From Bordetella parapertussis (GTDB lineage Bacteria; Pseudomonadota; Gammaproteobacteria; Burkholderiales; SG8-41): a DNA stretch of 64,000 bases. The notes under the pieces were generated by a model. The model made no database searches, was not told the origin of the DNA, and saw only the letters and a program-made list of their open reading frames with translations. Both the position numbers and the translations under genes were made by a program. Positions 1-9,558 of the stretch are shown here, piece after piece. Position 1 is the first letter of the stretch; every line of letters begins with the position of its first letter. The stretch lies in assembly GCA_945864585.1 (NCBI GenBank), contig CAMBCF010000004.1, positions 762-64,761 of the forward strand. The letters run 5' to 3'.

Positions 1-1
1 G

Positions 2-418
2 GCGTGCCATACGATATTCGAGGAAGCATCGCCCACCTTCAAGCGCCGCTTTATGTACATGTCGGGTTACACCGACGAGCAAAAATTCAATGCTTTCTGT
101 AAAACGCTGACGTGGGAAGGTCACGCTGACCATATTTGCATGCCGTACCTTTGTGTCGCCGGCGAAGCCGACGAACTGAGCCCTCTCGAGCACACCGAAC
201 GACTGCTGCACACACTCCAGTGTCCGAAGCAGTTGGTGGTGTACCAGGATTCGCGCCATTCAGTCGGCAACGTGCCCGCCGCGCATCTGGGCCCACATCC
301 GCAGACGCTGGTGGCGGACTGGATTCAGGCGCGACTCCATGCCAAACCCGGAAATCCGTTCACTTCGGAACGCTGGTATGTAGAGTCCAGCGGGCGCATC
401 GTCAAAACGCCGTACTGA
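2..418 (+). CDS. alpha/beta-hydrolase fold protein, C-terminal part (5' end outside window)
   Basis: Reading frame is open from the window edge. C-terminal acid (GEADELSP) and His (DSRHSVGN) loops are typical of dienelactone-hydrolase/peptidase S9-type hydrolases. Confidence 0.6.
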   Translation, partial: ACHTIFEEASPTFKRRFMYMSGYTDEQKFNAFCKTLTWEGHADHICMPYLCVAGEADELSPLEHTERLLHTLQCPKQLVVYQDSRHSVGNVPAAHLGPHPQTLVADWIQARLHAKPGNPFTSERWYVESSGRIVKTPY

Positions 419-441
419 GCTTCGCGGAACGATTACACCGG

Positions 442-1056
442 CTATAGAACAATCAACCCGACGGTGAGCGCCGCGAACAATCCGGCCAGCACATCCATGG
501 TCCAGTGCGCGCGCAGCACAATCACCGCCACCACTTGCAGCGCGGCGACCACCGCACCGGCAACAGTCAGCGCGGGTATATGCAACGCGGAAGGTTGCAT
601 CGCGCCGTAGACCGCCAGGGCGGTGTGACCGGAAAAAAAGAAATCATTGCCCACGCCATAGGTCACAAACAGCGAAGGCACGCCCGGATCACGCCAGATG
701 ATGCCTTGCGACGCCGGCAGCGCCACCGATGCCTGGCTCATTTGACGCAACGCAAACAGCCCGAACAGCCCCCAGAACGGCATGAATGACGGCCCCAGCA
801 CAGCGTAAAACAGCACGAACAGCGTGACCGCATCCACGCACAGCGAACTCGCGATCAGCAGCGCATTGGCCGGCCTGGGGTGCTGATTCAACCAGGCATT
901 CCAGTGCCTGCTGAGTACGTGCAGATGGTCGTAAATCACACCCTCATCGATACGCCGCGCACCGATCATTTTCTGCGTGAGGAACCACAAAAACAGGCTG
1001 CCCGCTATCAGTAGCACCCGTATGACAATGGTTTGGACGTCAGGGATGTTGAACAC
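442..1056 (-). CDS. integral membrane protein with PAP2_C (sphingomyelin-synthase-like) motifs
   Basis: 204-aa hydrophobic ORF with motifs FFFSGHTA and RAHWTMDV (SGHT ... HxxxD). It starts 11 nt after the stop of the upstream hexapeptide gene. Confidence 0.6.
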   Translation of the reverse strand: MFNIPDVQTIVIRVLLIAGSLFLWFLTQKMIGARRIDEGVIYDHLHVLSRHWNAWLNQHPRPANALLIASSLCVDAVTLFVLFYAVLGPSFMPFWGLFGLFALRQMSQASVALPASQGIIWRDPGVPSLFVTYGVGNDFFFSGHTALAVYGAMQPSALHIPALTVAGAVVAALQVVAVIVLRAHWTMDVLAGLFAALTVGLIVL

Positions 1057-1067
1057 AGCCAGCGCAA

Positions 1068-1802
1068 TCAGGTCACATCCGCGGCATCGCGCTCCGGCCT
1101 TGAGCGATCCAGTTCGATACGCTGCGCCGGTATGCCTGCCCAGGTCTCTCCCGCGGAATTCTTCGTATTGGGCAACACAAATGAACTGGCCAGCACTTTG
1201 GCTTTCTCGCCAATCTCCACCCCGCCCATCACTACCGCGCGCAGCCCGATGGTTGCGCCTTTGCGTATTTTTACCGGCGCAATCACCAGATAACCGCCTT
1301 GCGCATAGTGCGCCAGCACACTGGCCGAGCCGCCGATGGTGACGTTATCCTACATTTCGATCAGCGAGGGGTCGGCGATGGCGGTTGAATTGATCGCGAC
1401 ATTGTTGCCTATTTTCATGCCCATCAAGCGGTAATACAGCGTCGCAAACGCCGATGGCGTGACAAACTCCAGAAACGAATAACGCACCACCAACGTCATC
1501 GTGCAATGCACATACCAGCGCATCGCTGCCAGCGATACCACCGAACCGCGATACAGCTGCAGACGTCCGCCAAGTACAAAATTGATCGCCGGTGCAATCA
1601 GCAGAAACGACAATCCGTACGCGAAGTAACTCGTCGCAACAATCACGCCCAGCAACGGATAGCGCAACCAGGAAGTAACCCCTGCGATTTGCACGCTCAA
1701 TAACTGAAACACAAATATCGCAACATCCAGGGCGCATCCCGCCGCGAGGATGGCCAGCGCCATAAACGGAATTGGGCTGAGGATGGTTAGTAGACGTTGC
1801 AT
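1068..1802 (-). pseudogene. membrane-anchored hexapeptide-repeat (LbH) protein resembling the Pls/PosA NRPS terminal domain, interrupted by one in-frame TAG
   Basis: ORFs 1350..1802 and 1068..1319 are in the same frame. The translation reads ...ADPSLIEM-TAG-DNVTIGGSASVLAHYAQGG..., with the stop codon at 1350..1352. The N-terminus is hydrophobic and the C-terminus has left-handed beta-helix-like repeats. Confidence 0.7.
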
Positions 1803-1840
1803 CCTTGATGCGCCGCAGCGCGGGACAGTATCTGCAATGC

Positions 1841-2770
1841 TCAGCCCAATTCCGTGACCAACTCCGGCACCACCTTGAACAGATCGCCAACAATCCAGTA
1901 GCTCGCCACCGAGAAAATCGGCGCTTCCTCGTCTTTGTTGATGGCGATGATAACCTTGCTGTCTTTCATGCCGGCCAGATGCTGAATCGCGCCGGAAATC
2001 CCCACTGCGATGTATAACTCTGGTGCGACGATTTTTCCGGTCTGCCCAACCTGGTAATCGTTCGGCACAAAACCCGAATCCACCGCTGCGCGTGATGCGC
2101 CCACCGCTGCGCCGAGCTTGTCGGCCAGCGGTTCGAGTATTTTGAAGTTCTCCGCGCTACCCATGCCACGACCGCCGGAGACAATGATGCGCGCGGCCGT
2201 CAATTCAGGACGCGCGGATTTGGTGAGTTCCTGGCCGTTGAACTTCGACAGGCCCGCATCCGCTGTTGCCGCCAGCGCTTCAACCGACGCAGAACCCGTA
2301 TCACCTGCCGGATCAAACGCCGTGGCGCGCACCGTGATCACTTTGATTGCGTCGCTCGACTGCACGGTGACCATCACGTTACCCGCGTAGGTCGGGCGCA
2401 CAAAGGTATCCGCCGACACTACACCGCTGATATCGGAAATTTGCTGCACGTCCAGCATCGCCGCTAAGCGCGGCATGAAGTTCTTGCCCATGCCGGTGGC
2501 CGGCGCAACGATGTGGCTGTAGTTTTTGGCGACACTCAACACCAGCGCCGTCATGTTTTCCGCGAGTGAACCTTCGTATTGCGGCGCATCCGTTACCAGC
2601 ACTTTGGCGACGCCCGCGACTTTTGCCGCAACCGCGCCCGCCGCCGCGCATTGGTGCCCGGCAACCAGCACCGTGACATCGCTGCCGAGCTTGCCCGCTG
2701 CGGTAATGGCGTTGGTAGTGCCGGGCTTTAATTGCTTGCCGTCGTGTTCGGCTATGACCAGGACTGCCAT
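1841..2770 (-). CDS. etfA: electron transfer flavoprotein subunit alpha
   Basis: 309 aa with a conserved C-terminal FAD-binding region ([19 protein letters not shown]). Start overlaps the etfB stop. Confidence 0.95.
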   Translation of the reverse strand: MAVLVIAEHDGKQLKPGTTNAITAAGKLGSDVTVLVAGHQCAAAGAVAAKVAGVAKVLVTDAPQYEGSLAENMTALVLSVAKNYSHIVAPATGMGKNFMPRLAAMLDVQQISDISGVVSADTFVRPTYAGNVMVTVQSSDAIKVITVRATAFDPAGDTGSASVEALAATADAGLSKFNGQELTKSARPELTAARIIVSGGRGMGSAENFKILEPLADKLGAAVGASRAAVDSGFVPNDYQVGQTGKIVAPELYIAVGISGAIQHLAGMKDSKVIIAINKDEEAPIFSVASYWIVGDLFKVVPELVTELG

Positions 2771-3519
2771 CAGATTACCCTCGCTTCAGTCTTCAGTTTG
2801 TGGACGAGTTCTTTGACGTCGGCCACTCTGACGCCGGAGCTGCGCTTGGCAGGCTCTTCCACCTTGAGTGTTTTTAAACGCGGCTTGATATCTACACCCA
2901 GCGCATCGGGCTTGATGTTTTCCAGCGGCTTTTTCTTCGCCTTCATGATGTTGGGCAACGTCACATAACGCGGCTCGTTCAAACGCAGGTCGGCGGTCAC
3001 TATCGCCGGCAGTTTCACCGTAAGTTTTTCCAGTCCGCCGTCGATTTCGCGCGTGATCCCGGCGCTGTCGCCGTTAATAGTGATATTGGAAATATGCGTC
3101 GCCTGCGGCCAGCCCAGCAACCCTGCAAGCATCTGCCCGCATTGATTGGAATCATCGTCAATCGCCTGTTTACCCATGATGACCAAGCGCGGCTGCTCTT
3201 TGTCGACTATGGCTTTGAGGATTTTGGCGACGGCCAGCGGCTGAGCTTCTGCGCTGGTCTCGACCAAAATGCCACGGTCAGCGCCCATCGCCATTGCAGT
3301 GCGTATAGTTTCCTGACATTGCAGCGCGCCGATGGACACCACCACGATTTCGGTGACGATGCCGGCCTCCTTCATGCGCACGGCCTGCTCGACCGCGATT
3401 TCGCAAAATGGATTGATCGTCATTTTGATATTGGCCGTCTCGACCCCGGTGCCGTCGGATTTGACGCGCACCTTCACATACGGGTCGATCACGCGCTTGG
3501 CCGTGACCAGAACTTTCAT
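2770..3519 (-). CDS. etfB: electron transfer flavoprotein subunit beta
   Basis: 249 aa with N-terminus [19 protein letters not shown] typical of EtfB. Paired with etfA. Confidence 0.95.
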   Translation of the reverse strand: MKVLVTAKRVIDPYVKVRVKSDGTGVETANIKMTINPFCEIAVEQAVRMKEAGIVTEIVVVSIGALQCQETIRTAMAMGADRGILVETSAEAQPLAVAKILKAIVDKEQPRLVIMGKQAIDDDSNQCGQMLAGLLGWPQATHISNITINGDSAGITREIDGGLEKLTVKLPAIVTADLRLNEPRYVTLPNIMKAKKKPLENIKPDALGVDIKPRLKTLKVEEPAKRSSGVRVADVKELVHKLKTEARVI

Positions 3520-3797
3520 TGCTACTCCTTTGGAAGGAACGGATGGAAACCTGCTTGAGATTGACGCTGGAACGCGGCGTATTTTAGCGGAAAGCGTGCC
3601 CGCGCGAAACCTTTGCGCGACGCTGTTACGTCATAGATATTTGTTTTTGTTTAATTTTTTATAAAGTGGACTGACGCATACTCAAGCCGATGGAGCAACT
3701 GATGGCCGAGTTCATGAACCAACAAATACGCCGCGCATTTTGCCGCATCGGCGCTGGAATAGCTCTGATTACCGCGCAACTCCCGGGTGGCGGCATC

Positions 3798-4577
3798 TTA
3801 ACCGATAAACGGATAGGTTGAATCTACCGATGTTGAACCAAAGCGCGCGCCGCCGTTTTGCGCGCTTATGCCGTTACTGATGCCGCCGCGAATCGCGCTG
3901 TGAACTTCGGGATCGTAGTACTCCGCGCTGGCGATCAACTGATTGGTGATCACGACTTCGTAGGGCGCTCGAATCAAATCCGGGCTGCCCCAATAGGCAT
4001 ACTCATTATAGGGCTGCTGGTCGATCAGCAAGCCACCGTCGGGTACCCGTTGCATGGCGAACTGCCGCAGCCGCGATAGATGTGTCTGCATCAACGCGTC
4101 ACTCAAGGCCTCATAGCTGCGGCCCGTTAACGGCGTCAGCAGATAAGGCCGAACATAAGCGATTTGATCGTCAAGATTGTCCTTGAAGCGGCCGATGCCC
4201 TGCACATACGCTTTGCGCAGCCGCGCGTCACCACCACCACCCGCTTTAAAATCATAGATGCCGCTATTCAGAACCTTGGCGTCCTCTGCCCTGAACCGCT
4301 GAAACAGTTCCTGCACGTAAAGCCGTGCGAGCGTAGTGAATGTGATGTCGCGGCCAAAATGTTCGCGCACGCCCAGGCGCGCGGTTTCCAGCAGCAAGTG
4401 CAGTTGCGCATCCGTCATCTCCGGCAGCCGCGCGTTGCGCACATAAGCAACACGCAACTCAATCACGCCCTCGGGCAGCGCGGGCAACGGCAATATTTGG
4501 TGTTGGGCGTGCGCGTGGCCAGCCGACAAGGTGATCGCGAGTAGCAGCCGTTGCAGGAGCGTGTGCAAGGAATTCAA
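3798..4577 (-). CDS. secreted hypothetical protein
   Basis: 259-aa ORF with a signal-peptide-like N-terminus (LLLAITLSAGHAHA). No family recognised. Divergent from the ABC operon. Confidence 0.5.
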   Translation of the reverse strand: MNSLHTLLQRLLLAITLSAGHAHAQHQILPLPALPEGVIELRVAYVRNARLPEMTDAQLHLLLETARLGVREHFGRDITFTTLARLYVQELFQRFRAEDAKVLNSGIYDFKAGGGGDARLRKAYVQGIGRFKDNLDDQIAYVRPYLLTPLTGRSYEALSDALMQTHLSRLRQFAMQRVPDGGLLIDQQPYNEYAYWGSPDLIRAPYEVVITNQLIASAEYYDPEVHSAIRGGISNGISAQNGGARFGSTSVDSTYPFIG

Positions 4578-4674
4578 GTAATCTGACGGAAAAACAAATG
4601 ATTACAGAATTATCCCCATCTAGCCAGCACTATCTTCGCTGCGCGCAGCACACCACAGCCTCTATACTCCACCT

Positions 4675-5346
4675 ATGCTAGCTGTCACTCATCTCACCAA
4701 ACGCTTTGGCGCACGCACGGTGTTTGATAACCTCAACCTGACCCTCCAGCGCGGCGAGTATGTCGCCATCACTGGCGAATCGGGCATCGGAAAATCAACG
4801 CTGCTCAATTTGCTGGCCGGACTGGACGTGCCGGACAGCGGACGCATCATCCTCGATGGCGCGGATTTGGCAACCCAAAGCGATGACGTGCGCACCCGCA
4901 TCCGCCGCGCTCGCATGGGCTTTGTGTTTCAGGCATTTCATATGTTGCCGCACCTTAATGTCACCGACAATGTTGCGCTGCCGTTACTGCTGCTGCGGGT
5001 TGCCGCAGACGAGCGCCGCCACCGCACGCAGGCGATGCTGACGGCAGTGGGCCTGGCGGACCGGGGCGCGAGCTTTCCGCGCGAACTCTCCGGCGGCGAA
5101 TTGCAGCGTATCGCGGTGGCGCGCGCACTGATCCATCGCCCGCAACTGGTGCTGGCCGATGAACCCACCGGTAATCTTGATCCGGAACGCGCCGCCGAGA
5201 TTCTGCAATTGCTCAGAGACTCGATAGTGCGCGACAACGCCATCGGCATTCTTGTCACGCATTCGCAGGTCGCCGCCTCGACCACGCATCGCATATTACG
5301 ACTGACGCCCGCCGGATTGCACAGCGCAACGCCGGCAACACCATGA
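4675..5346 (+). CDS. ABC transporter ATP-binding protein (LolD/MacB/YbbA-like)
   Basis: Walker A GESGIGKST, signature LSGGELQR and Walker B LVLADEPT. 4-nt overlap with the permease gene. Confidence 0.9.
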   Translation: MLAVTHLTKRFGARTVFDNLNLTLQRGEYVAITGESGIGKSTLLNLLAGLDVPDSGRIILDGADLATQSDDVRTRIRRARMGFVFQAFHMLPHLNVTDNVALPLLLLRVAADERRHRTQAMLTAVGLADRGASFPRELSGGELQRIAVARALIHRPQLVLADEPTGNLDPERAAEILQLLRDSIVRDNAIGILVTHSQVAASTTHRILRLTPAGLHSATPATP

Positions 5347-7925
5347 TCGCATTGCTGCGCGCGCTGGCGCTGGCGCCGTTGCGGGCACGTGCGCGCCGCA
5401 GTGTGCTGGTGATGCTGGCGATTGCCGTGGGCGTGGCATTGGGGCTCGCGGTCAACCTGGTCAACGAAGCGGCTTTGGCGGAAATGCAGCAGGCGTTTCG
5501 CACCGTAGCTGGCGAAGCCGATGTGCGCATCGAAGGTGTCAATGGCACTATCAGCGAATCGCTCTACGGCAAAATCGGATTGCATCCGCAGGTCGCAGCG
5601 ATTGCACCGATCATCGACATTGAAGTGACTGTTGGCGGCAGGCGCGAGCCGCTTAAAGTCATAGGACTCGACCCCTTTGCCTCGGCGCAATTCACGCCGC
5701 AGTTGCTCGCACCGCGCGACGCAACGACGGACCCGCTGCCATTTTTTGGCAGCGCCCGCATCCATGTGTCGCCCGCCGTGCTGGCGTGGTTGCAGGAGGG
5801 CAGTCAACCCGCCACGCATGTAACGCTGGCAACAGCGCAAGGCCCGCGCAAGCTTGAAATCGCCGGCGCGCTGGCTGGCATCGAAAGCCGGCAGCGCGTG
5901 GCGGTGCTGGACATCGCCATCGTGCAGGAACTTTTTGAACTGCAAGGCCATATCACGCGGCTGGACTTGCGTCTGGTCGCGGGGGTGGATCGCACCGCGT
6001 TCATACGCGACATTGCGCGCACGTTGCCGGCAGGCGCGCATGCGGTGGCGCCTGTAGTGCGCGAGCAGCAGGCAGCCGCCATGTCACGCGCCTATCGTGT
6101 CAATCTCACGATGCTGGCGATGATCGCCCTCTTTTCGGGTGCGCTGCTGGTGTTCTCAACCCAAATGCTGAGTGTCGCAGAGCGCGTAGCCGAGCTCGCA
6201 TTGCTGCGTGTCATCGGTGTCACTGCGCGCGGCACGGTGGGCCTGATGCTGTTTGAGGCGGCGCTGCTGGGCGCCGCCGGTGCGATCGGGGGTGCGGCAC
6301 TCGGCTATGCGCTGGCGTGGGGCGCGTTGCATGTGTTGGGCGGTGATCTGGGCGCGGGCTTTTTTCACGGCACGCGCCCCGCTCTCGTTTTCGCGCCGTG
6401 GACTACCTTGCTGTTCGTCCTGCTGGGCGGCGCTGCCGCGCTGCTGGGCGCCTTGATACCTGCGCTCAGAGCCGCGCGCGCGCACCCGGCGCAAGCCCTG
6501 AAAAGCGGCATATTGCATGACACTCTGGGTGCTGGTCCGCCGCCGGCCTGGGGCGCCAGCTTGTGCGCGGCCAGCGCGCTGCTGGCATTTGCGCCCGCAA
6601 TTCAGGGCATACCACTATTCGGCTATCTCGCGATCAGCGGCATGCTGATCGGCGCCCTGCTGCTCACACCCGTCATTTGCGCGTGGACGTTTCGCTGCGC
6701 CGAACGCGGCATCAAAACCTCTCCCTCCGCATCTCCCACACTGCTGCTCGCCATCACGCGGCTCGCCCATGCACCCGCGCCCGCCGGCATCAGTCTGGCG
6801 GCTATACTCGCCGCGGTAAGCCTCGCCGGCGCCATGGCGATCATGGTTACCTCGTTCCGCTACTCGGTCGAAAACTGGCTCGAACAAGTGCTGCCCGCAT
6901 CCGCCTACTTGCGGCAAAAGAGCGTGGAGCAGGCCAAATCGCAGGGGTATTTTGACGCCGCCACGCAAGTGGCAATTCGGGCAACGCCCGGCGTGTTGCG
7001 CGCGGAGTTTGTGCGCGCCGAAGCGTTGACACTGGACCCGGCGCGTCCACCGGTGACGCTGGTAATCCGGGAATTTGGCGCCACCCCCGAGAACCAGCCC
7101 GCCCAACGCCTGCCGCTGGTCAGGCGTTTTGCCTTAGCAAGCAACACGCTACCGCTGGTGTGGGTGTCGGAATCATTCTTCGATTTATACCGTAGTGCCC
7201 TGCATCTCGATAACGGCGGCAGCTTCGAGTTGCCGCTGCCGCTCAATCCGAACGGCGCGGCGGCATTGCGCGTGCACGTAGCAGGCGTGTGGCGCGACTA
7301 CGCACGCCAGCACGGTTCCATCGTCATCTCTTTGGCAGACTATGCGCGTGTCACCGGCGACCCGCGCGCGCGCGATGCCGCCTTATGGATAAGCGCCGGT
7401 GTCAGCGCGCCGACTCTGCTGGCGGCGCTCAAGTCACGTCTACCCGGAATCAGCGCCCTCGACCTTGCCGACAGCGCTGAGGTGCGCGCATTGACGCTGA
7501 AAATATTTGACCGCACCTTTGCTATTACCTACGCACTGGAAGCGGTCGCCGTGTTGATAGGCCTGGCGGGCATGGTGGCCGCGTTCATGAGCCTTATCGT
7601 TGCACGAAAAAAGGAGTTCGGCATGCTGCGTCACCTGGGACTGACACGGCGCGAGCTGACGCGCATGCTCACGCTCGAAGGCGCGGCGCTGGCCGCGCTG
7701 GGCGCACTGCTGGGACTCGCACTGGGCGTGGTTCTGGCAGCGATTCTGGTATTCGTCATCAACCCGCAGTCGTTTGGCTGGAGCATGGATTTTCATATTC
7801 CCGTTGTGCAACTGGCCGCCTTGTTCGCAACACTCGTTGCAGCGGCGGCGCTCGCCGCGTGGCTGACCGCCCGCCATGTGCTCGGCACACAGAATCTGCT
7901 GTTGTCGGTGCGCGAGGACTGGTGA
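5343..7925 (+). CDS. ABC transporter permease with two FtsX-like domains (YbbP/AttFG-like)
   Basis: 860-aa polytopic ORF with two hydrophobic 4-TM modules separated by soluble domains. Translationally coupled to the ATPase gene. Confidence 0.85.
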   Translation: MIALLRALALAPLRARARRSVLVMLAIAVGVALGLAVNLVNEAALAEMQQAFRTVAGEADVRIEGVNGTISESLYGKIGLHPQVAAIAPIIDIEVTVGGRREPLKVIGLDPFASAQFTPQLLAPRDATTDPLPFFGSARIHVSPAVLAWLQEGSQPATHVTLATAQGPRKLEIAGALAGIESRQRVAVLDIAIVQELFELQGHITRLDLRLVAGVDRTAFIRDIARTLPAGAHAVAPVVREQQAAAMSRAYRVNLTMLAMIALFSGALLVFSTQMLSVAERVAELALLRVIGVTARGTVGLMLFEAALLGAAGAIGGAALGYALAWGALHVLGGDLGAGFFHGTRPALVFAPWTTLLFVLLGGAAALLGALIPALRAARAHPAQALKSGILHDTLGAGPPPAWGASLCAASALLAFAPAIQGIPLFGYLAISGMLIGALLLTPVICAWTFRCAERGIKTSPSASPTLLLAITRLAHAPAPAGISLAAILAAVSLAGAMAIMVTSFRYSVENWLEQVLPASAYLRQKSVEQAKSQGYFDAATQVAIRATPGVLRAEFVRAEALTLDPARPPVTLVIREFGATPENQPAQRLPLVRRFALASNTLPLVWVSESFFDLYRSALHLDNGGSFELPLPLNPNGAAALRVHVAGVWRDYARQHGSIVISLADYARVTGDPRARDAALWISAGVSAPTLLAALKSRLPGISALDLADSAEVRALTLKIFDRTFAITYALEAVAVLIGLAGMVAAFMSLIVARKKEFGMLRHLGLTRRELTRMLTLEGAALAALGALLGLALGVVLAAILVFVINPQSFGWSMDFHIPVVQLAALFATLVAAAALAAWLTARHVLGTQNLLLSVREDW

Positions 7926-7927
7926 AC

Positions 7928-9031
7928 ATGCATCGACGTGCATTCATGCAGCGCGCGTTACTGCTGGCAGGGGGCAGTGGCGGATGGCTGCCATCCGCGC
8001 ACAGCGCTGAATTCACCTATGCGCCGGTGGCGCCTGGTGTCGCCTTGCAGTTTCCGCGGGATTACGGCGCGCATCCCGATCATCGCATTGAATGGTGGTA
8101 TGTCACGGGTTGGCTGGACCGCACTGACGATGCGCCAGCGTGCGGTTTTCAGGTGACTTTTTTCCGCGTTCGCACACCCCTGCCGGCCGCTGCCAATCGC
8201 TTCACCGCGACGCAATTGCTGTTCGCGCATGTCGCCGTCAGCGATCCACGCATCGGGCATCTCCTGCACCAGGAACGCGCCGCGCGCGCAGGCTTCGGGC
8301 TTGCCGAAGCGAGCGCCACCGATACCGAGGTATGGATTCGCGACTGGCGTTTGCAGCGCGAAGCGCCGGGCGCTTATCACACGGCGATACAAACACGTGA
8401 GTTTGCCTTGCGCCTTAACCTGCAGCCGACCCAGCCACTGCTGCTGCAAGGACGCGAGGGCTACAGCCAAAAAGGCCCCGCCATCGAAAACGCCAGCCAC
8501 TATTACAGCGAAGTGCAACTGACGATCAGCGGTGAACTCACCGTGCGCGGCAAACGCGAGAAGGTAGGCGGCACGGCCTGGCTCGACCACGAATGGTCCA
8601 GCGCCCTGATGCCTCCCGGCGCCATCGGCTGGGACTGGCTGGGCTTGAACCTCGATGATGGCGGCGCGCTGATGGCGTTTCAACTGCGTGGCGGCAACCC
8701 GGCCGCAGCAGCCGTGTGGTCGGCGGCAACGTTGCGCCGCGCGGATGGCGCGGTGTTGCAGCCTGCGCGCGACACACTCGGCTTCGCGCCTGCGCGCTAC
8801 TGGACTTCGCCGCAAGGCGGCCGCTACCCGGTCGAAACCCGCATCACACTGGGTGCGCGCACGCTGCATCTACAACCGCTATTCGACGCGCAGGAACTGC
8901 ACGCACAGACCATGGGCAACACTTACTGGGAAGGCGCAGTGACGGCGCTTGAGGGCGCAGGCCGCGACGCCAAACGCGTGGGGCGCGGCTATTGGGAATT
9001 GACGGGTTATGCCAAGCCGCTGCGGATTTGA
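7928..9031 (+). CDS. lipocalin-like / hydroxyneurosporene-synthase (CrtC, AttH)-like periplasmic protein
   Basis: The ATG at 7928 follows the permease stop. Twin-arginine-like leader MHRRAFMQRALLLAGG, motif RIEWWYVTGWL and C-terminal YWEGAV. The upstream part of ORF 7859.. overlaps the permease and was rejected. Confidence 0.75.
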   Translation: MHRRAFMQRALLLAGGSGGWLPSAHSAEFTYAPVAPGVALQFPRDYGAHPDHRIEWWYVTGWLDRTDDAPACGFQVTFFRVRTPLPAAANRFTATQLLFAHVAVSDPRIGHLLHQERAARAGFGLAEASATDTEVWIRDWRLQREAPGAYHTAIQTREFALRLNLQPTQPLLLQGREGYSQKGPAIENASHYYSEVQLTISGELTVRGKREKVGGTAWLDHEWSSALMPPGAIGWDWLGLNLDDGGALMAFQLRGGNPAAAAVWSAATLRRADGAVLQPARDTLGFAPARYWTSPQGGRYPVETRITLGARTLHLQPLFDAQELHAQTMGNTYWEGAVTALEGAGRDAKRVGRGYWELTGYAKPLRI

Positions 9032-9206
9032 GGTGCCCGCCAACAAGGGCATCCCGTAAAGCTTAAATCAGCGCGCACCAAAGCGCGCCACTTCGCATCC
9101 GGCCATTAAATATAAGCCTGTGTTTTTAAAACACACTAATATTACCCGATTGAATGTCACTCAGGTGTGGCGCGCGTTTTCGCGAACACCACCGGTTCTG
9201 GTGCGG

Positions 9207-9488
9207 TCATGCCAGACTTTTCTGCAACAACTCCGCGACCACTTCATTCAGGCCTACCCCGCGCGTGGTCGCCGCGTGACGCAACGCGTTGACAAGTTCG
9301 AGCGGCAGTTTGCACGCAAACGGCACCAGCCCTGCCGCTTGATCGGCCTTCCGTTGCTCGCGCCGATCCGCAGTGGCGTTACCCTGACCGAAGCGATTAG
9401 CTCGCACGTCGCCTTTCATGGCGCCCATGCTCTTCAACATCTTGTTTTTGTCGATACCGGCAATTTTCATACTCATGATGTGCTCCAT
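9207..9488 (-). CDS. small protein with ribbon-helix-helix-like C-terminus
   Basis: 93-aa ORF. The C-terminal segment LVPFACKLPLELVNALRHAATTRGVGLNEVVAELLQKSL has a beta-alpha-alpha RHH pattern behind a basic flexible N-terminus. Start codon is uncertain. Confidence 0.4.
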   Translation of the reverse strand: MEHIMSMKIAGIDKNKMLKSMGAMKGDVRANRFGQGNATADRREQRKADQAAGLVPFACKLPLELVNALRHAATTRGVGLNEVVAELLQKSLA

Positions 9489-9558
9489 TTTTTATGCGTC
9501 GTTCCCCGCGGGTTCCTTGCAAATAAGCAAGCCGGGATGGCGCGCACGAGTTGCCGAC

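Noticed and set aside
1350-1352. Reading the in-frame TAG as programmed recoding (pyrrolysine-type or stop read-through).
   Set aside because: There is no pyl machinery or recoding signal in view, and none is expected in this kind of organism. A recent nonsense mutation or base-call error is simpler.
4938-6041. Long antisense or alternative-frame ORFs inside conserved genes. Examples are 4938..6041(-), 16538..17773(+), 22223..23224(+), 30599..31642(+), 35006..35833(+), 51188..52156(+) and 54953..56065(+).
   Set aside because: All lie opposite to, or out of frame with, genes that have clear family signatures. Their translations are Arg/Ala/Pro/Gly/His-rich low-complexity strings typical of shadow ORFs in GC-rich DNA.
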